Notes under the pieces: generated by a model
What the model saw: the letters and a program-made list of their open reading frames with translations, nothing else
The model's database searches: none
Told to the model about the DNA's origin: nothing
Made by a program: the position numbers and the translations under genes
Shown here: in pieces, positions 48,443 to 63,993 of the stretch
How positions within the stretch are numbered: the stretch's first letter is position 1
Layout of the letters: each line of letters starts with the position of its first letter
From: Hemiscyllium ocellatum
Lineage: Eukaryota
Direction of reading: 5' to 3'
NCBI RefSeq assembly: GCF_020745735.1
Contig: NW_026867489.1
Span: forward strand, 186,001 to 250,000
DNA length: 64,000 nt

Positions 48443-50991
48443 ACTCCTATTATGTGGGGTAATAACACTGCACAAACAGTGGAGTTCGGTATTAGTTGGT
48501 TTGATGGTGTAAGTTGGTATTGTTGTGGTGACTATAGATATGTCTGTTCTGGCATTCAATAAAAGCATGTCTGATCTGCATCAAGTAGAATCGCCAGACC
48601 ACATCGTGCATCCTGCCAAATCACATATGCAGACATTCTGGTGAATTGACGAAGATTGAACTCAATGTTTCTGACGAAGAAACATTTGATGCTTAAGTAT
48701 TCATTGTACACTTGGGAAATGCATCAGCCAATGGATAACCTCATGCATTGAGTTCAATGCATGCAGTAATGTATCTTTTGCGAGAACAGGAAACCTCAGT
48801 ACGTATATCAAACGATCGTTTCTCGTTATGATTTAGATTTAAATTTTCAGTTGAATGTTTTATCGTTATATTGACATAACCGCGGTTTTGCTTACCGCAG
48901 TTGAACATTAACGAGATTGACAAGTTCTCTAAGTTCAGGGATTTTTCCATTTATTTAATTTTAGCTGGGAACATAGAGAAGCAGCTATAGTGGAAAGAGA
49001 ATCCATGCTTCAGTCAATGATCTCTGGCTGATCCTCTCTGCAAACTCTGTTGTGTACGAAACTGTGCTTGAATTGACTTTTTTTTCCAAGTGGTGTGTTT
49101 GTGGGGTTATTCCAGAAATTGTAACAGAGTCATTAAGTTCCCACAGAGTCGGTTGGTTTCTCAGATAACTTAAGTCATTGTATATTCCATTCTATTTTGT
49201 TCTGGTTTCAAACTGTAGTCTGTCCATAAATTCTGTTTTGGTTAAAACTGAGTGGTTTGACCAGATGTGTCGGACATGGAGTGTTCACGTTGATTTGTTT
49301 GGTCCAGAACACATTTTAGCGCAAAAAAGCATGAACAAAGTCAAACAGAAATAAAGGCGGCAGCAAAAAGGAAAGGGAACGACCAGGTCTTCTCGCCCCT
49401 TCCTCCAAGAGACCGCACAGCCTGGAATTCAAAAACACAGATTCATCCATTCATCTACGAACAGACTCGAGTGCATGATCGCCGCACGATGCAGCGAGAA
49501 TTTTACCATCACCACCGTCAAGTACCAGGCCCAGGCTTGACTTAGAGCCATGCCACTTCTGCTGCCATTGGAACTGTTTCCCTGTTGTTTCGCATATTTG
49601 TGTCAGCATTATTCCCCTGCTTTGTTTTTACAAGTTCTTTCACAGTCAGTTGTGTCTCAGTAAGATAACTGTTTGTCCATTCATGACAGAAAAGTGCATT
49701 GCATTCTGCTGCTGATTATGATAGATCGATTTCTGAGTTAAAGGGTTTGAAGGGAGCAGCACATAACTTTGATAAAGTAAGTGTGTTTCACAGTGTTTTC
49801 TTGGTTTTGATCCTAGGTGATATTTTCTTCAGATATTGCAGGATACTCTCAATATTTTCTGTATTTGTATCGTGCTTTAGTTATTACAAAATATGTAGAT
49901 ACTCAATTATTGTGAGAAGCTGTATACAAAACATATGTGGCAGTATTCCACACAATGACTTGAAGTATTTATTAACAACCTTCATCATGTGTTCAAAGAT
50001 GATGCTTTAGCAAAATCCCGTGACGACCTGGCTTCTTAGCGAGGTTCTTATTCATAGAAGCTGATTTCACTTCCGTCTGAATATTCCAAATTAAAATTGC
50101 AAAAAAAATCCTCATTATCCACACCTCAGCTTTAATGCGCATTCTAATGAATATCACTGAATTAATAGCTGCGTGTTAATAGAGTATATCTTTGTTTTTA
50201 TTAGCTCCTAGAAAGTATTAAACTGTCGTGCATTTCCCTCGTGGGTCCAAATGGTGGTCCATCATTAAAAATAAACAAAAGCCAGTTTGGATTGGAGCCA
50301 ACTGGAGGGAACTTGCGTCAGACCACATGGGCACTTGATTTGATTTTTGGCAGACAAACTACACTGACCTGAAATTGCACTTAAATGTTGTGCCAGTTTT
50401 GGTGCAACTTATCAATGCATTAAACCAGATTTATGCAAAAGTATGATTGTCCTGAATCAAATATATTTGTACTGACTGTTATAATAGCGCAGACGTGGTG
50501 ATTTATTAGTTAAGACTTGAGTTCATGCATCTCGAATGCAACTAATTTGAGGGATTTATCTATAATTATGTTGCGACCAATTGCGATACTGGTTTTAAAA
50601 ATCATTTTGACCTTGGCGAATGATCAAACAGAAAAAAAAATCTCCTATGTGAGAAAATGGTAATGTCCTTCAAGAAAATTTATTTTTGTCAGACTGGTCA
50701 GTAATGCAGATGTCCAATTTTACCCAAAATCCAAGTAACTGTCTTTATTTTCTGTGATGGATTGCAACTTGGACACTTATAGGAGTAGTGAATTAGACCA
50801 TAGAAAACAATCGATTCGATTTTAACAGAAGCTTCAGTCAAACAGCAGCTGCGCTGACCTGTCTTGTTTCAGTAATTGGTAATTAACATTAATGATGTAA
50901 TATCTGATTTTGTCCCTGCGGAATTACCACCCTCTACAATAATGATCGTTTTTGCGGTGAAGTGCATAATGTACTGGAGTTTTCATTAGAA

Positions 50992-53900
50992 ATGCACGGA
51001 ATACCAGAAGGTCTGGTGTTTGCCATCTACTACCCCATCATTGCAATAATTGGAGTGCCAGGTGACGTATTGAACTTCAGCTGTAACTTCATGTTTCATA
51101 ATTCAACTGCGTCAGTTCTTCATTTTGCTGCTAACAAATCTCCATGATAGATATTGTTCCTGCTTTTAACTCGTGACGTCTATCACTTCAATGTTACAAA
51201 TTATTCAGTTTATTTGATAAAATTTCTGTATTTTAATACAGTCATTATCCCCATTAACCGTTTTACCTCATCACATAACCTTATAATTTGTGTGATTGGC
51301 TGACGTTATTTCGTTCCATCTGAATATTTTATTCCCTCTCATTCAACATTGTATTCTAGGACTTAGACCACGGAGTTTCTTTGAAAGACCTGCTTAATTT
51401 ATCTCTTCATGTTTGTATGCCTTAATAGGCCAAGTTCCACTTCATCACGTGAATACTTCCCGATTTATCATTATCATCGCAAGATGCAAACATCGTTTTT
51501 TTTTTCATTCACTGTCTCTGGGAGGGATGAATTGTATCATTATCTCGGTTGAATGTAGTAATGCTGCATTATTAGCAACGCTTTATACTTCCAATTGCCA
51601 CAAAATTACTGCAATGTAAACTTGTTGGATTTTAGCTTAAAATAGGCTTGTTAATGGCGCAGAAATATAAGACATTCTGTTGCATTTTTAGCAGAGGGAA
51701 TTGGTTCTAAATATCCAGGATTTATTCTTTTTTTCCAGGTTTCAGTATCGTCATAAATTGCGAAATTAAGGCCCTTATTCAGGAAGTGGAGGGGTGGGTA
51801 TTGGATGTTTCAGAAAACAGGAAACTACCGGCCAGTTCGTTTAACATCTCTCAAACTGTTTACGTTCAAATTCATTGCAAAATTCATTGCAACAGGACCA
51901 TTTAGATAAAAGTAACCAGGCATTATAAATGTACTTTATCAAAACAAATCCACATTGAACTTTATTGGACTTTTTCAAAAATTCGTAACATAACGTGTGG
52001 AACATTTGGAAAACGCAGATTTCCAAAATGTATTTGGCAATGTATCATATCAATGATTAATGTGAAGAATAATTGACACAGTGCAAGAATTGTTGCATTT
52101 GCGTAGATAGATAAACTTGCTAACAGGAAACCAAGAGTTGACCAAATGGTATTTTATTTGTAGAATGCAACTGTGACATAACCCAAATGTTAGTGCTGAT
52201 TGTCTGAACTTTTAGAATGTTTATGAATACCATGGATAAAGGTGAGAATATATTATTATCAATCATGATACGCCTCAGATATAGATTTTAACATATGTTT
52301 CAAGAGTACGTAAGCTGGTTCATAAAAAAAGTTAAGTAAGCAGAGAAAACTGATAGAGTGTAATGTGAGATAAATGTGAAATTGCGCACGTTGGACGAAA
52401 CAGTATAAGCCAAGCAAAATGTCCTAATGATAAGCATTTGCAGAAGTTATTTTACTTGTAGAGTCAAAGAGTCATAGAGACATGTAGCACGGAAACAGAT
52501 CCTTGAGTCCAACTCCTCCATGTCCAACATATATCCCAACCGAATCTCGTTCCACTTGCCAGCACCTGCCTATATCGCTCTAAACCTTTCCTATGCATAT
52601 ATCCATCTAGATGTCTTTTAAACATAGCAATTGTACAGGCCTTTACCACTTCTGCTGGCAGCTCAATCCATACCAATATCACACTCTGCGTGAAAAAGTT
52701 GCGCGTTAGGTCTCTTCTTTATCTTTCCCCTCTAACCCTAAACCTATGCCGTCTTGTTAGGAAACCCCAACCCCAGGGAAAAGTCTTTGTCTATTTATCC
52801 TATCCATGCCCCTCACGGTTTTATAAACCTGCAAAAGGTTGTCCGTCAGCCTCCGATTATCCAGGGAGAACAGTCCTAGCCTATTCAACTTCTTCCTATG
52901 GCTCAAATCCTCCAACTCTGGCAACATCCTTGGAAATCTTTCTGAACACTTTCAAGTTTCGCAACATCTTTCCAATAAGAAGAACTGAACTGCACGCAAT
53001 GTACCATCAGTAGCCTAACCAATGGAGGGAATGCCGCAACAAGACTTCCCAACTCCTACACTCCTGACCAATAAAAGAAAGCATATCATACGCCTTCTTC
53101 ACTATCCTATCTACCTGGGACTCACTTTCAAGGAGTTATAAACTTGCACTCCAAGGTATATCTTTTCAGCAAACTTAGTAGAACCTTACTATTAAATGTT
53201 GAAGTCCTGATAAGATTTGCTTTCCCAAAAAGCAGCACTTCACATTTACCTAAATAAAACTCCATCTGCCACTTCTCAGACCATTGGCCCATCTGAACAA
53301 GATACCGTTATAATCTGAAGAAACTCTTTTTGCCGTCCACTGCACCTTCAATGTTGGTGTGATCTGGAATCTTCCTAACTATACCTGCCATTTTCACACT
53401 CAAATCATTTCTGCTAATAAAGAAAGGTAGTGGACCCATTACTGATCCTTGTGGCACTCCACTGGTCATAGGCCTCCAGTGTGAAAAACAATCCACCACC
53501 ACCATCTGTCTTCTATCTTTGAGCAAGTACTGTAACTAAATCGGTAGTTCTACGTTGTATTCGATGACATCTAATCTTGCTGACCAATCTCCCATGGGGA
53601 AACGTGACGAACGTTTTACCGAAGTCCACATAGTTCACAGCTACCGCTCTGTCCTCATCAACACTCTTCGGTCTTTCTTCAAAAAAAGCTCAATCAAGTT
53701 TATGAGTCATGCGTTTCCACGTACAACGCAATGTTAACTAGCGCAGATAAGTCCTGGCCTTTACAAATACATGTACATTATGGGCATCAGGATTCCCTCC
53801 ACTAAATTGCCCAGCAACGATGTCAAGCTCACTGGTCCATTGTTCCTTGGTTTGTCCTTAACACCTTTACTAAACAGTGGTACCACGTTAGCCAATCTCA

Positions 53901-56670
53901 AATCTTCTGGCACCTCATCTGTCACTATTGATGATACAAATATCTCAGTAAGAGGTCCATCAATCACTTCCTTAACTTCACACCGTGTTCTAGGGAACAC
54001 CTGATAATGTCCTGGAGATTTATCCACTTTTATGCGTTTAAGACAGCCAGCATTTCCATCTTTGTAAGATGGACATTTTTTAATACGTCACCATCTATTT
54101 CACTACATTCTATATATTCCATGTCTTTTCCCACATTAAATACAGGTGCATAATACTCGTTTAGTGTCTCCCGTATCTCCTGCGGCTCCACACTATTGCC
54201 ACCTTCCTGATTTTTGAGGAACACTATTCTCTCCCTCGTTACTCTTTTGTCCTTAATGTATCTGTAAAAACCCTTTGGATTCTCCTTAACTGTATTTGCA
54301 AAAGCTATCTCATGTCCCCTTTTTGCTCTCCTGATTTCTGTCCTAAATATACTCCTACTGTCTTTATCCTCTAAGAATTCGCTCGATCTGTCGTGTCTGT
54401 ACATGACATACGCTTCCTTCCTTTTTCTTAACCAACCCTTAACTTCTTTAGTCACCCACCATTCCCTATACCTAACAGCCTTTTCTTTCACCTCAGCGGA
54501 ATATACCTTTTCTGGACTCTCGTTATCTCAATTCTGAAGGCTTTTCATTTTTCAGCCGTCCCTTTATCAGTGAACATCTGCCCCGGGTTAGCTTTTGAAA
54601 GTTCTTGCCTCATACCGCAAAATTGGCCTTTCCCCAATGTCGCAAATCAACTTTTAGATCCGGTCTGTCTTTTTCCAAATTTAAAACTAATAGAATTATA
54701 GTCTCTCGCCCACAGTCCTCCACCACTGACGCATCCGTCACCTGCCTTGCCTTATTTCCCAAGAGTAGGTCAAGATTTGCACCTTCTCTAGTAGGTATAT
54801 TGATATACTGAATCAGAAAATTTTCTTGAACACAATTTACACATTCATCTCAGTCTAAACTCTGAACACTATGTTAGTTCCACTCAATGTTAAGAAAGTT
54901 ATAAACAACTATCATAACCTATCGACACCTATTATTCTTACAAATGGAACACTGAATGCAAATGTGCAGACGCATCAAGTTACTGGGAACGTAGATTCAA
55001 ATCACTGTTAATTTCAAGACAAATTGAATTCTAGTATCGTGTTGGTATTTTTTGAGTTTCAGGGCCATAATGAGACCACAGCTGACGTCCTGCACACCTA
55101 AGTGAGTTTTTTATTTGGAAAAGATTTGGAAGCATTTCATATAAGGAAACATTTAGCAGACTCATTCTTGGCTTGGCAAGACTGCACACAAAATGTCCTT
55201 GTGATTATCAGCTGGAGAACTGTGTTACATTCCCAAAGTCAGAGAAATACAAGTTGGCGCCTGGTCGACATATGTTTCAGCATATGTCTTAACAAAGCAA
55301 TTGCTGACATGCATAACAGTGAGTGTTTTTACCGAATATGGTTCGAAGAAACAGTATATAATATGAACGAAGCGTAACCTGTGTCCCTGCCAGCTTCAAC
55401 ATAATCGTTTTACTATTTTCCCACTGTAACATTTTCTGCTATATTTTGCTGTTATCGTTCTCTAGTACATCTAAGTGATCAAGTGAATGTTGGCTGAATG
55501 ATCAACCTGGCCAGGAAATGTCAGTGTAGACATGATTCTCTGTTAAAAATCCAACAGAATTTTATTGCCATCCGACGTCATTAACAAAGACATGTTTCAG
55601 CTGGATTTGTATTTTAATTATAGTTACGTTTGCATTTCGAGCAAGCTGTAAAGGCCATTGAGTTATATGATTCAAGAGCATTCAATAAAGTGGTTAATTT
55701 TACTGGAAACTGAAAAATAAATTATCCATTCGTCCATTTTATGAAACACAGATAGTCTCTTTCTGTTTCAGCGAATTTGGCTGTGATTGCGATCTTGCCT
55801 CGAAGGCAATGTGGTTTGGCTGGGTGTATGATACTTTACCTGGTGTCCATTGCCGTGGCAGACCTCCTGGTCCTGGTAACCTGTGTAATATTAAACCGTA
55901 TACCTGGGATTTACTTTCCATACAGTTTTCTGTCCATTACTCCAATTTGCAGTCTTAGATCTGTCTTAAATGCCACAACTGTAGACTGTTCTGCTTGGCT
56001 TACTGCCGCTTGAACGTTTGATCGATTTGTGGTGATTTCTTGTCAGAAGCTGAAAATAAAATATTGCACCAGAATGGCCGCAGCATGGGTCATAGGGATC
56101 GTGTCTACGCTGTGTTGCATAAAAAATGCATTTTTGTATTTTATATATGAATCTGTGTATACAATTAACAATGTATCCTGGTTCTGCAACCTAAAATTGA
56201 TATTTTATGAGTCACCTGTTTGGGCCGCATATGATTTATTTCGTAGCATTTTCAACCCTCTTCTCCCATTCGTCCTGATTTTACTGCTCAATGCTTTGAC
56301 GATTAGATATATTCTTCTGGCCAATGGAGCCCGAAGGAGACTCAGGGCGGATAGTCACAAAGAGAGTCAGAGAGACCCAGGGATGGAGAAGCGGAAAAAG
56401 TCCATCACTTTACTCTTTGCCATTTCAGGCAGTTTCCTTTTGTTGTATTTGTTATTTTTTACAACGATCCTCTATGTACGAATTGTGAAAGTGACCTATT
56501 TTTCAGGTTCACTTTCCAGCACATCGACACTTATCCTTGAGGAGAATGGATTTATGCTTTTATTTTTGTGTTCCTGCATCAATCCGTTTATTTATGCTGG
56601 AACCCAAAATAAGTTCAGAGACGAATTAAAGAATGGGCTGAAATATCTGCTGCGACAATTTCTTAAATGA
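50992..56670 (+). pseudogene. GPR139-like GPCR, copy A', same in-frame TGA
   Basis: Exon 1 50992-51061, exon 2 55772-56670, TGA at 56011-56013. Confidence 0.93.
52460..54889 (-). mobile_element. Degenerate intronic CR1, copy A'
   Basis: Copy of 17131-19560. Confidence 0.88.
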
Positions 56671-58199
56671 TTCGAAACTGGAAAATATGATTATTCACTA
56701 GAAATCATGTACAATTTTCCAGAAGTACAACGTAACAACAAAGGGATTGTAAAGATGCAATGTAAAAAGGCAGAACTTGTGGTATAATGGTTCCTGTACG
56801 TTTTATTCTCTTGTTTATTTCTATTTTACCAGAAAAAAGAACATTAGTTGTCCTCCGTAATGGGCAGGCATATTGTAAACCACGGTGGCGACTGGTATGG
56901 AATAAATTGACACAATTTTTCTGATAAAATTGACTGAAGCAATGTTTAATTTACTTAAGTGATGTTGATGGTAAAACTAAATGAGGTCTTGTCAATTGTG
57001 ACGTAGGTGAAGGAAGAGGGCAATGCTTTATGAGCAGAAATACGAGAATGCAGTGATGAATCAGAGAGGACCCGATGTACGATATGCAGACATGGTCAGT
57101 TTTAATGAAACATTATAGAAGAAACGCAGCACAATAGAATCTGAGACACAAGTGGTTTTGTGTGAGAGCTCAGTAACTCACTGCAGAGTGAGTCAGCTTC
57201 CGACCTGCGAAAATGGTGAAATAATTTACTATCTACAGCTCTAAACACGTACCAACCAAAATCCGCTTTATATTAGAGCCACTGGAATGTCTCCACAGAA
57301 TAAGTTCAGGCTTTGAATATAGATATTGTTGGTACTAGAATAAATAAGATTTAGTCCGGGTGGTGTCATCGGAACAACTTCAAATCATCGCTTCTCCTTC
57401 TGCCGAAACATCAGGTGGCAGCAGGTGAGTGAGAATCCATCTCACTCACATTTGATAAAACAAACATGATCGAGGACGAAAGGATCAGATTAATCGATAA
57501 TTCAAAATCAGTTTCATATCATACCTGGAAGGCGATAGAAATAATGGAAAGTGATGAGACAGTTAATTGTTAGAAATGCTTACTCCATAACGGAAACTCC
57601 AAGCAGCTGCATTGTCCTGGACGCTCTATGCAAGGAGTGTCGAAGTTTTGAAGTCACTGGTTCGACTCTATACTCTAAATAGTCTTCATTCATGTATCAT
57701 CTCACTGTCTTGTGCTCCCAGAACGCGATGTAACTGATCAGAACTTTGTTAGCTTGAATTGATCGGAAGAATTTCGAAATGGTTCAAGACCAGCAATCAC
57801 ACAGGGCGGTTTTCTCCCATTTTACACGCGTGCACTGCTTTGAAAAACATGCCAGTAGAGAAAAATTATTATTTTATGCGACATAAATATCGTTGGTTTT
57901 CTTAGCATTTATTGTTCATCCCTAATTTCTCTGGAATTCAGTTTGTCCAACTGCCTGAGGGCTGGTAGTTGTGACTCCCCTGATCTGACCTCTAGATCAT
58001 TTTAATTCGAAACATTCCGTTTTTATCCCACAAAGGTCAATATGACTTCAGAACATAAAGATGGAATGTACTATTATTGGGCAAACAGATCTGAAGAACA
58101 TACAAAGTTCTTACACTTAAAACGCAATTCAAACTCTGCCCTCGACTGTACTTTACGTTTCATATGCTGTTTGGGTTCTAACTCCAATGAGCTGCCCTC

Positions 58200-58471
58200 T
58201 ACAGCTGAAACTGACACCCGGAAGCGGCAAGAACATCCATCAACAGACACATCGACCTGGACCGCGTATACAAATCACTGCAGCTGAAACTGACACCCGG
58301 AAGAACAAACCAACATAAATACCGGAAGAAACATCAAAGCAGCGCTTCACACGAGGCTCCAACAGCACTGATGATGCTCCCTAGCCAGGGAACGAAACGT
58401 TTGCAGCAAAAACTTCCAGCTCGGCGAGCAGAATCACAACAACGGATACCCGAGCTACAAATCTTCAATCA
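58200..58471 (+). mobile_element. Penelope-like 3' fragment, copy A' (carries a 25-bp segment absent from copy A)
   Basis: Contains caaaccaacataaataccggaagaa, which is absent at about 22976. Confidence 0.88.
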
Positions 58472-61400
58472 GGTTTTTTATGCCCTTCTCCGTGCCTGTC
58501 AGCCTAGATGTGATAATCTACAATCTTCAGATTCTTGATTTGCAGTGACAGAATACACAGAAAGCAGTATCGTTGTTATTATTTTTACATTTACCACTCA
58601 TTTATTCACAGTGCCAATTGAGAGCTTGAGGACACAAATTTGCAACAATTACACTTGTCTGCAACGGGACCTGAAACCACTATGCCCTGGCATTTCATCT
58701 TGATGGTCTTTAAATGTTGAGTGAGTTTCCAACTCCACCATCATTCCAGGCAGTACATTCCATATGTCGTCCACCTCCACATGATATTCTATTTCTCAGG
58801 TTGCTTCTGCGCTTCTTCGTCCTCATCTTTAACATATGCTTTCTGGTCTTCGACACGTATCGATGTGGAAAATAAAATCTCTCGAGCTTTTCTATCTCTT
58901 CCACTGATTGTTGGACACACCTCAATCAGATTCTCCCAAACCAAGTTGTGTTTGTTCAAAGAGAAACATATTCAACCCAAGTCTCTTCGTTACAGGCAAC
59001 ATCCTGCTTTGTATTGTCTCCAGTGCAATGGAGGTTTGCCCGTTGAGGGACGAACAGAATGATAAGTGGTGATGCATCTCTGGCTTAAGCAAAGCTTCAT
59101 GAGTTTGCAACAAAACTTTCTTGCCACTGCATTCAATGACCCAACAAATGAAGGCAAACAGACCATTTGCCTTGTTCATCACCCTTGCGATTTTTTTTTT
59201 CTATTCAGTTATGAAGTTGTAGGCGTGTACTGTTCCTTTAAGAGAGTTTGAAAGCTGGCAAGGACTTAACAAACAGAATGTGCTGGAAAGTTTAAAAATG
59301 TAACATCTGGAAATGAAACACATAGCAGGAGCAGAGTTGCTATGTTATATACCAAATTCGAATTTGAACAATCAGTGTAAATTATGTGCCAAGATACCAA
59401 TATCCGATCGAATTTGATTTTTAATGTTTTTACGACATCAAACCAATGAGTTGATCCGATGTTTTGGTGTATGGAACTCGGACATATTGAACAGTTACAT
59501 GAGCGACAAAGAACATCATACTGTCTGCAGACTGTCTCACTGAAAGTTAAATTGCCCGCAGTGAAGCTGTCTTGGAAGATATCATTTCATATGAAATCTA
59601 TGAAGAAGAAGACCGGAGAAAAGAAGACAAGAAGGTACCAATGGAAAAGCGGTAGCTGGCTTGTTTCGAAATTTGATTTTTTGAAACATATTCGGGGGTG
59701 GTTGTTACCAGATCATTATATTGTTACAGAATGGGAAGTAGATATCACCTTTCGACAAAGGAGGCGGACAGTGTCGATAGAGGTTTTTTCATTCTCTTGT
59801 TTTTCTAGGTGTAAAACATTTTTTCTTTAAATATTAATTTTATTGTGACTAATACTTTAACAGATTCTGAGTTGTGATGAGCTTTTCTGGGTGTTTAGTT
59901 CCATTTAGCAAAAGGATTTATCCCGAGTAGTAACAATTCACTCAAGGGATGAGGACACCACTGTCTAGATTAGCATTTAAGCAGTTAAGACTCAATCACA
60001 TTGGTGTTATTCTGTAGTCACATGTCGGCGAAACCAGGTGACAGATTCATTCTCTGACGCATCTTGCTGAAACAGTTGAGCTTTTCCAACAATCAGCTCA
60101 AGATCCACCATCTTCCATGGCAGAATTCGAACACGGCTCCCCAGAACCTGACCAGGGCCTCTGGATTATCAGTATAGCGAAAATAGTACTAGTTAATCTG
60201 CAACTAAAGTGCGACACTTGCTGACATCTTCAGGGATCTGTGGACTTGTAGGCCTACAGATCTTTGCTCCTAATTGCTTCCTGACAAACATTGCGTGTAT
60301 TTATCTTTTATTAGCGTTCTGAAAAAGCATAACATCTCACATGCCAGGAATAAACTCCACTCACCATTATTCTCCCTAATTTGCTAGCTCATCCATGTCA
60401 AACTTTGGTTATACCGCATCGTCCATAACATCATCACTTTCCGTGAATTTTGCAAACGTACTAATTATATCGTCTGCATTCAGATATAAGTCGTTAATGC
60501 ACATAGCAAACAGCAAGGGTTGCAGCATGGACACTTGTGGTATGTCACTGGTCACAGGCTTCAGATCCCAAAAATAACGCACCATCTTGATCTTTTTCCT
60601 CCTATCTACAAAGTAGTTTTAGGTCTTTGTCAAAAGATACATTGAAGCTTTATTTTTCTTGTGGGCAAGCTTTGCACTTAGGAACCTTGTCAAAGATCTC
60701 AATGAAGTACATGTGAACAACTTTGATGTAGTCCCTCTACCAATACATTCATTAGCTTTTCAACACGAAACACATTTAAATTAAACAGACTCCACTTGCA
60801 GAAAACTGTGCACCTGAAACAAAACTTGCTTTTGTTTCGCTACACTCGATCAGGCCCTCATTCACCATGAATAATCTAACCTGATTTGACTTTCCAAATT
60901 GCAGGTCCTCACACTTATCTATAGTCAACTCCACGTCCAATTTCTCTGAACACTTGTCCAACTGGTTAAAGGTCGTGCTGCAATTTCAGATAACTTTGTT
61001 CATATCTGCGTTATCTCCTCCTTTCGTGTCCTATGAAAACCTAGTAATCCTTCCTTCTGAATTTTCATGCGAAACATTGTTATAGATAGCAAACAACACT
61101 GGCTCCAGCGGCCTCCTCTGAGGGCGGACACTTGTCACAGGTTCCCAATCCTTCCGACATTATGCTCTGCTTCCGACCATGAAGCCAATTGTGTACTCAA
61201 GTTTGCAACTCCCTCCCTATCATGCAGTCGAACCTTCCAGAACAGCCTACTATGTGGAACATTATCAGAGGCCTTACTCCCATACAATCGCCCATTCTGA
61301 CTCTTCCTAGTTAGCCCCTGCAATTCAAAATCCATGTATATCTAACCATGTAGAATCTTGCAAAACATAGAAGCTGCAATGAAATCCAGGTTGTCGGCTC

Positions 61401-62051
61401 AAAAAATTTTGCACCATATTCTACTTAATAAAATTGCAATATTGTTATCACATTTGTCTCCACATGATGCTAGCCAAACCAGGCTCTCTTTTATTCCATT
61501 CATTCCAAATTTGAACAATTGCTTTTCACTATGAAAATGAAGTAGTTGCTTCTGGTCATCGGTGTGAGAACGCCATCCGGTGTCCGTCTCCGTGATTCAG
61601 AAGCTAGATGTTTACATTCGGTCTGCGGTGTCTCTGCATCAGTGTGTTGGCTCCAGAGCTAAAAAAAAACATGGTGCTTTCAGTTTACCAGCCACACGAT
61701 GCCTACAGTAAACACTTCGTTTCCTTTGTGCAAGTTAAAATAGATTCTGTCCTGCAATTCTGGAGACTTGAAAATATCCTTCATATATCTTCAGTAAATA
61801 TCTCAGATTATCCGGGGATATTTCATGTCCCAGTCTAGGTTTCTGCCAGCATATCTTGTCAAGTTTCGGCAGTGCAGTTTAATATGCTAGCCGTTCGGAT
61901 TCAGATGGATATTTGGGCGCTGAAGTATTTCCACTCGTTCTTGTGCCACAAATACAAAATATTTCCGTGTTTTGGGAATCTTATATCCTCACCTCGTCAG
62001 GATAAAAGGTATTTCCGGCCCACAGCGATATGTTTGATTCTGAAGTGCCAT

Positions 62052-62147
62052 TCTGGCTTCAGGGAACGATGATAAATGTTGTTCAAATCCTTTTCTTTTA
62101 GTGACAAAGTGGTCGCAGACGCTGCAGTGTAGTACTGTGCGACGAAG
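62052..62147 (+). pseudogene. Probable V FR3 relic, copy A'
   Basis: Copy of 26696-26791. Confidence 0.5.
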
Positions 62148-62413
62148 ACGTATTGAGAGAAACAGTGGATATGGCCATTAGGGTCTTGCATCGTGTTTTG
62201 TGTCTGATTTCTGTTAAACATTCCCCAAAACAAGAAATTGACGAAAACTAGTGAATTCACAATTCATGAACTCATTCCTCATTCCTTGACAAAATCAGAG
62301 GACGATGATAAATTGTAGATAATTAAGTCAAATCAGACAGTGTGCATGTGCAACATTAAAAGCATATTCATGGACAGAAGCGGAGGACTACTTTTGTTTG
62401 GATACACAGATAA

Positions 62414-62416
<3 letters not shown>

Positions 62417-62475
<59 letters not shown>

Positions 62476-62500
62476 TGATAGATAGATAGATAGATAGATA
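62417..62500 (+). repeat. (GATA)14 GATT (GATA)6 microsatellite, copy A'
   Basis: Same repeat count as 27061-27144. Confidence 0.97.
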
Positions 62501-63268
62501 TTGTGCTTATTTCAACTTTGTGCAGCGGCACATAATTTCTGTATTATTATAATTGTATGTTGAATTTGTTAAGATTTCATGCTGTTTTGCAGCTAATTCT
62601 TTTCATCATGAGACGTTTCCGAGAACACTTTATCAGGGAACTGTTGGACAGACAATTGACTTTAAGACAAGGCTACTGCTACTTGACTTTGTATTCTGCT
62701 GCAGGAAATCCCTTTATTATTAGCTTACCTCCACAGTTATGGAAGGAAATCAATCAGTAATAGCACTGTCAATCTGGACGTCCCTCCGACTAATCGGAAA
62801 AATGGCCTGCGGCAGCAGCTTGGGTCTCTGATGATCAGTATTCAAAAGCATGAGGCCAACTTTCCTTGCAGTTATAGGTCAATGCGACATTCTCTCCTTC
62901 CTCATTTTTTAAATCGGAAAAGAGGTGTTCCGCAATATCATTATGGCTCCATTTTAACACATGGAAAACAGTTGAAAAAATGACAGCCAATATCTTTGCC
63001 ACTGTGTCTGTTATTCGACCAAGTATAACATTTGTATTGTAACCGTCTCTTTGTCTTTTTCTGAAACGAAAATATTTACTGAGAATAGGTACAAAGACGA
63101 GGGGCGGTTTGAGTCATCTCCAAGTATCGATTTCTCACTTTGAACTTCTGCAATGCAGTTTATATTCTGTCAAACCATAAATGCAGATCACTGCCCAACT
63201 GCGTTGATGATTGAATAGATGATAAGAATGCCGCATGGCAGTAATTTCTGTATGATAGAAATGAGAAA

Positions 63269-63418
63269 CAAAAGCAGAAATTGCTGGAAAACTTCAGCAG
63301 GTCTGGCAGCATCTATCGAGCAAAATCAGAGTTAATGGATCACTGCCGAACTGCTAAGTCTATTTTCTCTCCGTAAACAATGGCAAACCTGCTTAGCTTC
63401 CCAAGCAATTTCTGTTTT
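63269..63418. repeat. MITE-like inverted element, copy A'
   Basis: Copy of 27913-28062. Confidence 0.7.
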
Positions 63419-63771
63419 CGTATACAAGGACGCTCTCCACTGCAGTTGGAACAGATAGAATAAAATAGTAACAATGTCGTCTCCGAACTGTGATCTGCTG
63501 TTTAAACATGGAAGACATTACTTATCATGTTTCAATACTCTATATCTTCATGAATAGCCCCCGCGTGGATTAACGTTATCCCGATTCAAGTCTAACTGGG
63601 GAAATAAGATTTCCAAATATCACGTCCACTTCTGCCATCCTGGTTTAGATAATAATCAATGGTACAGCTGGGACAGAGAAGCTGAATGAAGACATATTCT
63701 GTCGATCTGCTGCTTCACACATGTGTATTATCAGTATTTACTCTTGTATTTGGAGGAACTGAGTCAAATGT

Positions 63772-63993
63772 GTGTTGCTGAGAAAGCACAGCCAATCAGG
63801 CAGCATCTGAGGAGCAGATAATCGACGTTTTGGGCATAAGCCCTTTACTGGAAATGTATGTCCCTTCATCAGGTGTCAGAATCACTTAGATATGTGTGAC
63901 TAATGTTGAAAGGCTTATAGGGCTTTTATCCAAAACGTCGATTCTCATCCTCCTCGGATGTTTCCTGATCTGCGGTGCTCTGCAGTCCTCACC
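63772..63993. repeat. MITE-like inverted element, copy A'
   Basis: Copy of 28416-28637. Confidence 0.7.
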